A stretch of 16,803 nt of DNA. Source: Candidatus Diapherotrites archaeon CG10_big_fil_rev_8_21_14_0_10_31_34. GTDB lineage: Archaea > Iainarchaeota > Iainarchaeia > Iainarchaeales > 1-14-0-10-31-34. The stretch lies in NCBI GenBank assembly GCA_002763225.1, contig PFAI01000010.1, positions 1-16,803 of the forward strand. Reading direction: 5' to 3'. The position numbers and the translations under genes are program-made. Every line of letters begins with the position of its first letter. The stretch's first letter is position 1. The notes below the pieces were generated by a model. That model did not search any database, was not told where the DNA came from, and worked only from the letters and a program-made list of their open reading frames with translations. Positions 1-8,181 of this stretch are shown here, one piece after another.

Positions 1-94
1 ATTTAAATGAAAAAAAACAAATTTAATGAGATCAAAGGAATTTAAATGAAAAAAAACAAATTTAATGAGATCAAAGGAATTTAAATGAAAAAAA
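1..94 (+). repeat. 39-bp perfect tandem repeat (~2.4 copies) overlapping the dxr start
   Basis: Unit ATTTAAATGAAAAAAAACAAATTTAATGAGATCAAAGGA at 1-39 and 40-78, plus a partial copy at 79-94 that contains the dxr ATG (85). Confidence 0.9.
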
Positions 95-1248
95 TAAGTT
101 TATTGGGTTCAACCGGAAGCATTGGAACACAGACACTGGACGTAATTAAAGGACATCCAAAAGAATTCAAAGTAATTGGCTTGGCTGCATTCAATGAAAC
201 AGAAAAAATTCTTGAACAAATAAAAGAATTCAGACCGGAAAAAGTTTGTTTGTTTGAAAAAAAAGCAGCAGAAGAATTAGAAAAAAAAATTGGAAAAGAA
301 GTTGAGGTTGTAAGCGGAATAAAAGGATTGGAAGAAATTGCAGTAATGCAGGAAGCTGAACAAGTTGTTGTTGCGGTTGTTGGGGCAATTGGGATAAAAC
401 CTACAATGAAAGCAATTCAAAAAAAGAAAAATGTTGCTTTAGCTAATAAAGAGACTTTGGTTGCAGCAGGACAACCAATAATGAAAGCAGTCAAAAAAAC
501 AGGAATTACTTTAATGCCAATTGATTCAGAGCACTCAGCTTTATTCCAGTGCTTAAACGGAGAAGAAAGAAACAAAATTTCAAAAGTATTAATTACTTGT
601 TCTGGAGGCCCATTCAGAGGAAAAAAAATTTCAGAATATTATAATTCCACTCCAGAACAGGCTTTAGGGCACCCGACATGGAGCATGGGATCAAAAATAA
701 CAGTTGATTCCAGTACTTTAATGAATAAAGGGCTGGAAGTAATTGAAGCAAAATGGCTTTATGATTTAAGTTTTGAAGAAATAAAAGTAATAGTTCATCC
801 TCAAAGCCTGATTCATTCAATGATAGAATTTGTTGACGGAAGCATTATGGCCCAGATTGGAACACATGACATGAGGACCCCGATTCAATATGCTTTAAGC
901 TATCCGAAAAGAATTCCAAATAATTTTCCAAGGCTTGACTTGTTTAAAGACAATAACCTGACTTTTGAAAAGCCTGATTTAGAAAATTTTCCCTGCTTAA
1001 AATATGCTTTTGAAGCAGGAAAAAAAGGGGGAACTTTGCCTGCAGTAATGAATGCAGCAAACGAAATTGCAGTCTGGAGTTTTCTGGATAAAAAAATTGC
1101 TTTTGGGAAAATTCCTGAAATAGTTAAAGAAGTGATGGATGAGCATAAAAACAGAAAAGCCGATTCAATTGAAACAGTTTTAGAAGCAGACAAAAAGGCA
1201 AGAGAAACAGCAAAAAAAATAATTGAAGAAACACAAAAAAAACAATAA
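85..1248 (+). CDS. dxr: 1-deoxy-D-xylulose-5-phosphate reductoisomerase
   Basis: 387 aa with the canonical motifs LGSTGSIG (NADPH), LANKE, PIDSEH, SGGPF, HPTWSMGSKITVDS, MNKGLEVIEA, HPQSLIHS and NAANE. Confidence 0.98.
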   Translation: MKKISLLGSTGSIGTQTLDVIKGHPKEFKVIGLAAFNETEKILEQIKEFRPEKVCLFEKKAAEELEKKIGKEVEVVSGIKGLEEIAVMQEAEQVVVAVVGAIGIKPTMKAIQKKKNVALANKETLVAAGQPIMKAVKKTGITLMPIDSEHSALFQCLNGEERNKISKVLITCSGGPFRGKKISEYYNSTPEQALGHPTWSMGSKITVDSSTLMNKGLEVIEAKWLYDLSFEEIKVIVHPQSLIHSMIEFVDGSIMAQIGTHDMRTPIQYALSYPKRIPNNFPRLDLFKDNNLTFEKPDLENFPCLKYAFEAGKKGGTLPAVMNAANEIAVWSFLDKKIAFGKIPEIVKEVMDEHKNRKADSIETVLEADKKARETAKKIIEETQKKQ

Positions 1249-1277
1249 AAGTAATTGAAGAACTGAACTGATAAAAA

Positions 1278-1439
1278 ATGGTTGAAAAAATTGAAATTTC
1301 AGCTGAATTAGTTGAAAGAGTTACCAGAACTTTTCTGAAAAAAATGACAGGGCATTTAAGAGGAACAAAAGTAGCAATAATGAATGCTACAATACAAGAA
1401 GGTTATAATCAATTTGTTGGGTTCCCCCAGAAAAGTTAA
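1278..1439 (+). CDS. Small hypothetical ORF, 53 aa (possibly the 5' half of a split gene with 1445..1723)
   Basis: Hand translation gives MVEKIEISAELVERVTRTFLKKMTGHLRGTKVAIMNATIQEGYNQFVGFPQKS*. It fills the gap after dxr on the same strand and is below the ORF-track length cutoff. Confidence 0.4.
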   Translation: MVEKIEISAELVERVTRTFLKKMTGHLRGTKVAIMNATIQEGYNQFVGFPQKS

Positions 1440-1444
1440 CTAAA

Positions 1445-1723
1445 ATGAATATCATACAGAGAATTGGAAGAGAAATTTCAAGAGAAATGGGAATAAACCC
1501 AAATGGTTCAACTAAAGAAAGGGAAAAATATAATAAAATAAAAATCAAGCTAAGGGGAAACGCAGCCACTGTTATACTAAACAACCCTGATTTAAGCAAA
1601 AAACTTGAAAAAATAATTAAAAGAAAAAAGTTTAAGTGGAGCACACAAATAGGGAATCATAAAAAATGGGGGCCAAGATTTGCAAAAGCAAGCAAATGGA
1701 TCAAAAAGAGAAGAAATTTATAA
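1445..1723 (+). CDS. Lys/Arg-rich hypothetical protein
   Basis: 92-aa ORF co-oriented within the MEP cluster; no recognisable motif. Confidence 0.55.
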   Translation: MNIIQRIGREISREMGINPNGSTKEREKYNKIKIKLRGNAATVILNNPDLSKKLEKIIKRKKFKWSTQIGNHKKWGPRFAKASKWIKKRRNL

Positions 1724-1755
1724 TTGAAAGCCATTAATAATAAAAGAGTGAAAAA

Positions 1756-2457
1756 ATGAATTATGCAGTAATTTGTGCCGGAGGAAAAGGAACCAGAATA
1801 AACGCAGGAAAAAACAAGGTGTTTGTTAAAATCAAAGGAAAAGAAATTATTTCAAGAACTATTCAGGTTTTTGAAAACGCAGAAAACATTAACGGAATAA
1901 TTATTTCAGCTGCAAAAGAAGATGAAAAAGAAATAAAAAAAATAATTGAAAGAGAAGGATTCAAAAAAGTTAAAGCAGTAGTTGAAGGCGGAAAACAAAG
2001 GCAGGATTCAGTCTGGAATGGAATAAAAAAATTAAAAGAAACAGCAAAAAAAGAAGACATTGTTTTGATTCATAATGCAGCAAACCCTTTTTTAGAAGAA
2101 AAAACAATCAATGAATGCATTAAAGAAGCAGAAAAATTCGGGGCAAGCGTTGCAGCACAAAAAGTTAAAGACACAATAAAAAGAGTTAATGAAGATTTGC
2201 TTGTAAAAGAAACTTTGAACAGAAAAGAATTATGGCAGATGCAGACGCCACAGACAATAATATTCCACATAGCATTAAAGGCATTTGAAAAAGCCTATAA
2301 AGAAAATTTTTACGGAACAGATGACGTGCAGTTAGTTGAAAGAATTCACGGAAAAATAAAAATAGTTGAATGCCCTTATGAAAACATCAAAATCACAACA
2401 CAAGAAGACATTGATTTAGCAAAAAAAATAATAGAAGAAAAAGAAGGGAAAAAATGA
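1756..2457 (+). CDS. ispD: 2-C-methyl-D-erythritol 4-phosphate cytidylyltransferase (IspD/TarI family)
   Basis: AGGKGTR..NK, GGKQRQDSV, KDTIK, QTPQ, TDD and NIKITT motifs; the usual HDxARP reads HNAANP; MEP gene context. Confidence 0.93.
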   Translation: MNYAVICAGGKGTRINAGKNKVFVKIKGKEIISRTIQVFENAENINGIIISAAKEDEKEIKKIIEREGFKKVKAVVEGGKQRQDSVWNGIKKLKETAKKEDIVLIHNAANPFLEEKTINECIKEAEKFGASVAAQKVKDTIKRVNEDLLVKETLNRKELWQMQTPQTIIFHIALKAFEKAYKENFYGTDDVQLVERIHGKIKIVECPYENIKITTQEDIDLAKKIIEEKEGKK

Positions 2458-2879
2458 ACAAAGGAAGAAAACCCTTTAACCCAAGAAAAAAGAAAAAAAC
2501 AAAAATTCCTTTTGATGTTGAATTAGCAAAAAAAATGAAAAACCTCGCACAGCAAAACGCAAAAGAAAAAGCAATGGGAATTAAAATAACAAACCAAAAA
2601 GCCAAAAACAAGTATTCAATAAAAGAACATTACCCTAAAACATTAAACTCCATCAGGCTGATTGAAAAAAGGAATGTTATTGCAAGAATAAATTACAATG
2701 GAATTGAATTATTAGTGGAACCAACACCATACCGAAACGGCCCAAAAATATTTGTTCAAACCCCTGAAGGAAAACACGTTGAAATAACAAGAAAAACAGA
2801 GAAGAAAATTATTGACCAAGTTTCAAAGATATATTATGACACCACCAGAGGAGGCGGAGTAGAGACAGCCACTGTATAA
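2454..2879 (+). CDS. Basic hypothetical protein
   Basis: 141-aa ORF with an ATGA overlap on the ispD stop (translational coupling) and a K/R-rich N-terminus. Confidence 0.65.
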   Translation: MNKGRKPFNPRKKKKTKIPFDVELAKKMKNLAQQNAKEKAMGIKITNQKAKNKYSIKEHYPKTLNSIRLIEKRNVIARINYNGIELLVEPTPYRNGPKIFVQTPEGKHVEITRKTEKKIIDQVSKIYYDTTRGGGVETATV

Positions 2880-2934
2880 AAATATTTTTATACATAAATA
2901 GTTTAGGAAAAAATTTACGAAAAAAAGTGATTTT

Positions 2935-3468
2935 ATGCCGTTTAAAGTAGGATTAGGACAGGATTCGCATAGGTTTTCTCATGTGCACGAAAAAAGAGAC
3001 TTATTTTTAGGCGGAGTGAAAATCAAAGGAGAAAGAGGATTAAAAGGGAATTCTGATGCAGATGTAATACTTCACGCATTATTTAATTCTCTTGCACAGA
3101 TTATCAGCTGGAAAAGCCTTGGAAACCACGCAGACAAAATGTGCAAAGAACAAGGAATAACTGATTCAAAAGAATATTTAAAAGAGCCATTAAAAAAACT
3201 AAAAGAAATGGATTATTTTATTACTACAGTAGGAATAACAATTGAATGCCAGAAACCAAAAATCGACCCTGTTTCAGATGAAATCAGGGAAAGCATTGCA
3301 AACATTCTGGGAATAAAACCAGAACAAGTCGGAATAATTGCTACCACAGGAGAAAGATTAACTGCTTTTGGGAAAGGAGAAGGAATACAGGTTTTCACTG
3401 TAATAACTGCAATACACAAAAACGTAAAAGATTTTGCAGAAAACAAAACAAAAAAGAAAAAAAAGTAA
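2935..3468 (+). CDS. ispF: 2-C-methyl-D-erythritol 2,4-cyclodiphosphate synthase
   Basis: VGLGQDSH (Zn ligands D and H), LGGV, SDADVILHA, PKI and ATTGE..GKGEGI motifs. Confidence 0.95.
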   Translation: MPFKVGLGQDSHRFSHVHEKRDLFLGGVKIKGERGLKGNSDADVILHALFNSLAQIISWKSLGNHADKMCKEQGITDSKEYLKEPLKKLKEMDYFITTVGITIECQKPKIDPVSDEIRESIANILGIKPEQVGIIATTGERLTAFGKGEGIQVFTVITAIHKNVKDFAENKTKKKKK

Positions 3469-3500
3469 TTCGTCTTTTGCCGAACTGCTGTTTTTATATT

Positions 3501-3517
3501 AACGTAAGCTTTAAATA
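3501..3517 (+). promoter_or_regulatory. Putative archaeal TATA-box promoter for dxs
   Basis: TTTAAATA at 3510-3517 preceded by purine-rich AACGTAAG; SD-like AGGAG at 3556-3560 ahead of the ATG at 3570. Confidence 0.4.
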
Positions 3518-3569
3518 CTTTGAGCTAGATTATTGATAGATAGAATAGCAAAAAAAGGAGCGTGTTTTA

Positions 3570-5363
3570 ATGGAATTAAAAGCAATTAAAACAGAGTTAC
3601 TGGAAAAAATTGACAGCCCAAAAGACTTAAAAAAATTAAAAGTAGAACAATTAAAGGAATTGTCTGATGAAATCAGAAGAGTTCTATTAAACACTTGTTC
3701 AGTTAACGGAGGCCATATTGGAGCAAATTTAGGGGTAGTGGAATTAAGTGTTGCACTGCATTATGTTTTTAATTCACCTGAAGACAAGTTTTTGTTTGAT
3801 ACAAGCCACCAAAGTTATACTCACAAAATTTTAACCGGAAGAAGAAAGTATTTTCACACTATCTGCATTCCAAAAGGAATTCCAAGGTTTACTGTAAGAG
3901 GAGAAACAGAACACGATCATTGGAGTGCAGGCCATGCTTCAACTGCTTTAAGCGGGGCAATGGGAATGGCTGAAGCAAGAAAAACAAACAAAAAAGAATA
4001 TGAAGTAATTGCAATTACAGGAGACGGAGCATTAGGAGGAGGAATGTGCTATGAAGCATTAAACAACATTGGCTATAATCAGACAAACATGATAATTATT
4101 TTAAATGACAATAAAATGAGCATTTCGTCTAATGTAGGGGCAATGTACAAGCATTTAAAAAAACTTTCAATGATTACAGATGAAAACAGGGGCAGAAGAG
4201 AAGTCGGAACAATCTTTGAAAAAATGGGAATACAATATTATGGGCCATTTGACGGGCACAACATCGAAAAATTAGTTGAAGAACTGGAAAGAATAAAGGA
4301 TTTGTCTGGGCCAAGATTAATTCATGTATTAACCATTAAAGGAAAAGGAATGGATTACATGGAAAACGATAAAGCAAACTGGCACGAGCATTCAGCTTTT
4401 GATATTGAAACAGGAGAGCCAACAAAAAAAAGTCCTGTTTCAATTGAAAAAATTGCAGTAGAAGACTTAATTAAATTAGCTGAAAAAGATTCAAAAGTTG
4501 TTGCAATAACTGCCGCAATGCCTGCAGGAACAGGCTTGCTAAAATTCGGAGAAAAATTCCATGAAAGATTTTATGACGTGGGAATAGCAGAAGAACACGC
4601 AGTTACTTTTGCAGCAGGATTAGCAGCAGAAGAAACAAAACCTTTTGTAGTAATTTACAGTCCTTTCCTGCAAAGAGGATTTGACCAGATAGCACATGAT
4701 GTTGCATTACAAAAACTTCCTGTAAGATTTATGATTCCAAAAGCTTCAATTACCGGAGACGGCCCAACACAAGGAGGAATACTTGATTTCAGTTATCTGA
4801 GAATTATTCCTAATATGGTTGTAATGGCACCAAAAGATGAAAACGAATTAGGGAACATGGTTGTAACAGCCTATGAATACAATGACGGCCCAATAAGTGT
4901 AAGATACCCAAAAGGAACTCCAATAGGAGTAGAAATAAAAGAATCAAAAGCATTAGAAATAGGAAAAGGAGAAATGATTAGAAAAGGAAAAGACATTTCA
5001 CTGATAAGCATTGGTTTTATGTTAAAAGAAACAAATGAAGCAGCAGAAATTTTAAAGAAAGAAGGAATTGAAGCAGAAGTAATTAATGCAAGATTTGTAA
5101 AACCATTAGATGAAAAAATGATTTGTGATTCACTGAAAAAAACAGGAAAAGGAATTACAATAGAAGAAAATATTTTACCTGGCGGGTTTGGTTCAGCTGT
5201 ATTAGAAATGCTTGAAGATAAAGGATTAAATGAAGTTGAACTGCACAGAATTGGCGCACCAGATGCATATATTGATTATGATGCTCCTGCAGAAATCAAG
5301 AAAAGCTTTGGAATGGATTCAAAAAGCATTGCAAAAAAGGCAAAAAAAATGCTGGGAAAATAA
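3570..5363 (+). CDS. dxs: 1-deoxy-D-xylulose-5-phosphate synthase (divergent, short-linker type)
   Basis: GGHIGANLGVVEL, HQSYTHKILTGR, GHASTA, ThDP motif GDGA..EALNN..ILNDN, ITAAM, DVGIAEEHAV, FLQR.FDQ, DGPT, and C-terminal ARFVKPLD / EEN..GGFGS. Confidence 0.95.
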   Translation: MELKAIKTELLEKIDSPKDLKKLKVEQLKELSDEIRRVLLNTCSVNGGHIGANLGVVELSVALHYVFNSPEDKFLFDTSHQSYTHKILTGRRKYFHTICIPKGIPRFTVRGETEHDHWSAGHASTALSGAMGMAEARKTNKKEYEVIAITGDGALGGGMCYEALNNIGYNQTNMIIILNDNKMSISSNVGAMYKHLKKLSMITDENRGRREVGTIFEKMGIQYYGPFDGHNIEKLVEELERIKDLSGPRLIHVLTIKGKGMDYMENDKANWHEHSAFDIETGEPTKKSPVSIEKIAVEDLIKLAEKDSKVVAITAAMPAGTGLLKFGEKFHERFYDVGIAEEHAVTFAAGLAAEETKPFVVIYSPFLQRGFDQIAHDVALQKLPVRFMIPKASITGDGPTQGGILDFSYLRIIPNMVVMAPKDENELGNMVVTAYEYNDGPISVRYPKGTPIGVEIKESKALEIGKGEMIRKGKDISLISIGFMLKETNEAAEILKKEGIEAEVINARFVKPLDEKMICDSLKKTGKGITIEENILPGGFGSAVLEMLEDKGLNEVELHRIGAPDAYIDYDAPAEIKKSFGMDSKSIAKKAKKMLGK

Positions 5364-6209
5364 TTACAGGAAATCCCTTGTTTTTTTCCAATCTAAATTT
5401 AGTTCTTCACAAAAAGAAATTATTTTATTTCTTTGTTCTGCAATTAAGCCTTTCCAGTCAATCAAAACAAGAGAAACAGGTTCAAAAGTTTTTTCAATCA
5501 TTTGCCTGAACAAATTTAAGTCAATTTCATCAACATAATATTTTGAAAGGATATGAGATAAAGCTAATTCAGTTCTTTCCTCTATTTTAGAGAATTCAGG
5601 GCAATAATGAGTTCCTCCAATTCCAATAGCTGTTTTGAAACCTGAATTAAAATTTGAAAAAGAATTCATTATTGTTTCAGCTAAAATTTTGCCTGCTGAT
5701 TGGTTTTGCCATTGTTCTTCTGAACTTCCAATTTCAATGTAAACGCATGGTTTTGATAAGAAAGGGCCGTGATGGGTTTGCTCCATTAAAACAGGAAAAT
5801 CAAATTTTTTTTCTTTTACTTTTTTAACTAAATTCAAATAAAAGTTTTTCAGCACAAGAGAAGAAGTTTTTACAAGAGTTTTGTCTTTTCCCCCTAATTC
5901 TGCTTTGGAAAAGTTTCCGATTGAATGCACTGAAAGGCAGGGCTTTTTTGTTTCACTTGAATGCTTTGAAGCAAAAACAATTAAGTCAGTTTCCAGTTCA
6001 TTTAAGTAATCAGCAAAAACCTGTTTCTGGTTAATAAAAACTAAATCAAAAGAATTTTTTTCATTTGAAAAAGAATAAACTGAATTCAAGTCAAAAGACT
6101 TTTCTGTTTCCTTGAAATTAAATTTTTTAATTAAATGCCCTGCAATATTTATTCCGGCTGGATCAGTTTTGGAAACAATAACTGAAATTTTTTTAAACTG
6201 CATAAACAA
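5364..6209 (-). CDS. dtdA: D-aminoacyl-tRNA deacylase, archaeal DTD2 type
   Basis: SKTDPAG, FASKHSS, LSVHSIGNF, EQTHHGP, IEIGS and GIGGTHY motifs of the archaeal/plant DTD2 (GEK1) family. Confidence 0.93.
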   Translation of the reverse strand: MFMQFKKISVIVSKTDPAGINIAGHLIKKFNFKETEKSFDLNSVYSFSNEKNSFDLVFINQKQVFADYLNELETDLIVFASKHSSETKKPCLSVHSIGNFSKAELGGKDKTLVKTSSLVLKNFYLNLVKKVKEKKFDFPVLMEQTHHGPFLSKPCVYIEIGSSEEQWQNQSAGKILAETIMNSFSNFNSGFKTAIGIGGTHYCPEFSKIEERTELALSHILSKYYVDEIDLNLFRQMIEKTFEPVSLVLIDWKGLIAEQRNKIISFCEELNLDWKKTRDFL

Positions 6210-6243
6210 AAAAAAGAAGAATTGTTTTTTTATAGCTTGTTAA

Positions 6244-6726
6244 TCATTTTTTATAGCTTGAAGCTAACTCAAAAAAAACTTCTTCTAAATGAGTTAAAGT
6301 AGAAGAAATGTTTTTTGTGATATAATGATTAAAAGAGGCTTTCAAATCATCTCTTTCAGCTAAAGGTGCTGGGTTGAATAAATACATTTGATTTTTCCTG
6401 ATTAATAAATCTGTTTCTTTCATCCGATTTAAATGATAATGCAAAAGCTTTTCTGAAATGTTTTTTGAATGCTTTTTTTTAATATAAGATTGGATTTCGG
6501 AAACCGTTGGATTAGAATTCTTTGAAAGGTTTAGATAAAAAAGTGCGTCAAGAACATCTAAAACAGTTGTGCGAGATTCTTTTTCCGAGATTAAGCCAAA
6601 AGCCAAAGCAAACCAGCGAAGCATTGAACGCCTTGTAAGTTTTACATTTGGAGGCAAATCCATTGTTCTGATTGTGAAAGTTTTTCTAATTAAAGAGCTT
6701 TCAGGCAGTTCAGACATAACAATCAC
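6244..6726 (-). CDS. Conserved archaeal hypothetical protein with a winged-helix-like domain
   Basis: RWFALAFGLI..ESR followed by the HTH-like TVSEI...SEKLLHYHLNRMKETDLLIR; the real start is probably the ATG at 6717. Confidence 0.7.
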   Translation of the reverse strand: MIVMSELPESSLIRKTFTIRTMDLPPNVKLTRRSMLRWFALAFGLISEKESRTTVLDVLDALFYLNLSKNSNPTVSEIQSYIKKKHSKNISEKLLHYHLNRMKETDLLIRKNQMYLFNPAPLAERDDLKASFNHYITKNISSTLTHLEEVFFELASSYKK

Positions 6727-6894
6727 TAAGGAAAAAATGTTTTTCCTTCAGAAATAAAGTGTTTTCAAGTATTTATTTGTTTTTGTTTTTAAGTAAACAG
6801 GAAAAAACTGAAAAAGACTAAAAAATAAAGTTTAAATTAAGTTCATGTCATATAATTTAACTGATTCTTTGTTGATTAAAAGGGGGAGAAGTTT

Positions 6895-7257
6895 ATGAGT
6901 ATTGCAATTAATACAAATTTTGTGCCGTTTAAACTGGATTTGCAGGAAAAAAAGCCTGTCAGAATGGATATAGAAGTAATTAACCGTTACCTGGAACCAA
7001 AAAAAATCAGAATAGAAATTGTTGCAGGAAGCCAATTAGGATTAAATAAAACCAGTTCAGAAAAAGAAAACTTTGAATTAGGAGTATTAAACCCCGGAGA
7101 AAACAAAATGATTAATCTGGATGTATTCCCAAAAAATTTTGCAATAAAAGGAGAACAAAAAATAGGAATTATTGCAACAGAAATAACAATAGAAAAATCA
7201 GGTTATGCATATCCTTCAAAAAAATTCAGAAAAATAGTTGAACTGCAGATAAAATAA
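6895..7257 (+). CDS. Hypothetical protein, probable beta-sandwich (Ig/CARDB-like)
   Basis: 120 aa with SD GGGGAG upstream, alternating beta-strand pattern and an LGVLNPGE motif. Confidence 0.65.
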   Translation: MSIAINTNFVPFKLDLQEKKPVRMDIEVINRYLEPKKIRIEIVAGSQLGLNKTSSEKENFELGVLNPGENKMINLDVFPKNFAIKGEQKIGIIATEITIEKSGYAYPSKKFRKIVELQIK

Positions 7258-7280
7258 AATTATTTTGTTTTAAAATAAAA

Positions 7281-7481
7281 TTATTTTTTTCCTTTTTTGC
7301 CTTTTGGTTTTTCCAAGTCAGTGTCTTCAAAAAAGTCTTCCCTGTCTTCTTCATCTAAACCAAGTTTTGCAAGCATGTTATTGTGGTCTTCTGGAGTAAG
7401 TTTGTTATACCATTCCTGCCATACTTTGTCTTCGGCTTTGGAAATCACTTTTCCTTCAACAGGTTTTTTTCTTCTAAGCAT
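7281..7481 (-). CDS. Small hypothetical protein
   Basis: 66 aa with natural-looking composition: basic termini, acidic core, WQEWY and LAKLGL. Confidence 0.6.
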   Translation of the reverse strand: MLRRKKPVEGKVISKAEDKVWQEWYNKLTPEDHNNMLAKLGLDEEDREDFFEDTDLEKPKGKKGKK

Positions 7482-7572
7482 AATAAAAATCCTAAAATAA
7501 ACGTTTAAAATACTTTCTGATAAAGGCAGGTTAATAAAAAGTATTTAAAGGTATTAAAACAATCATAATAAC

Positions 7573-8181
7573 ATGGATAAAATCATTTCAGACATTCAAA
7601 AAAAACAAAACATTATTTTGATTATTCCGGAAGAAAAATACCAGAATACTTTAATGATGTTATTAGAGCAACTGGAAAAAGAAAAGAAAAACATTTGTTT
7701 TGTTTCAGCAAACAAAACAAAAGATGCATTAGAAAAAGAATTAAAAGAAAAAAAGATTTCAACAGAAAAAATCTTTTTTGTGGATTGTGTAAGCAAAAGC
7801 ATTTCAAAAGGAAAAATTTCCTGGAGCGATGAAAAAACACAATATATTGATAACCCTACTTCTTTAACTCAAATAAGTTTAGCTATATTCAAATTAATGG
7901 AAAATACTAAAATAGATTTTCTTGTATTGGATTCAATTAACACTTTATTGATTTACAACGAAGAAAAAGAAATACTGAAGTTTGTTCACCATACTACGGC
8001 AAAATTAAAGGCAAACAATATAACAGGAATTTTTACTTCACTAAAAGAAGGGATAAATGAAAAATCATTGAAAAATTTCTCCCAGTTTGTAGACAAAATA
8101 ATTGAATCAGATCCTCCAGTGCAAAAAGAATTTGTAAGAAAAAAAGGCCCGCTGGATTCGTTCGAAGAAATCAAATTGTGA
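7573..8181 (+). CDS. RecA/KaiC-superfamily ATPase-like domain protein (probably inactive, archaeal type)
   Basis: CFVSANK, FFVDCVS, P.SLTQIS, Walker-B-like FLVLDSINTLLIYN and FVDKII; no Walker A; TTTAAA TATA-like element upstream. Confidence 0.75.
   Translation: MDKIISDIQKKQNIILIIPEEKYQNTLMMLLEQLEKEKKNICFVSANKTKDALEKELKEKKISTEKIFFVDCVSKSISKGKISWSDEKTQYIDNPTSLTQISLAIFKLMENTKIDFLVLDSINTLLIYNEEKEILKFVHHTTAKLKANNITGIFTSLKEGINEKSLKNFSQFVDKIIESDPPVQKEFVRKKGPLDSFEEIKL

Noticed and set aside
1..94. CRISPR array
   Set aside because: The repeats are head-to-tail with no unique spacers, and there are no cas genes.
614..3446. Minus-strand ORFs (614..820, 900..1193, 1387..1644, 1863..2060, 2070..2270, 2393..2611, 3213..3446)
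   Set aside because: Phe/Ser/Leu-rich antisense shadows of A-rich plus-strand genes, with no motifs.
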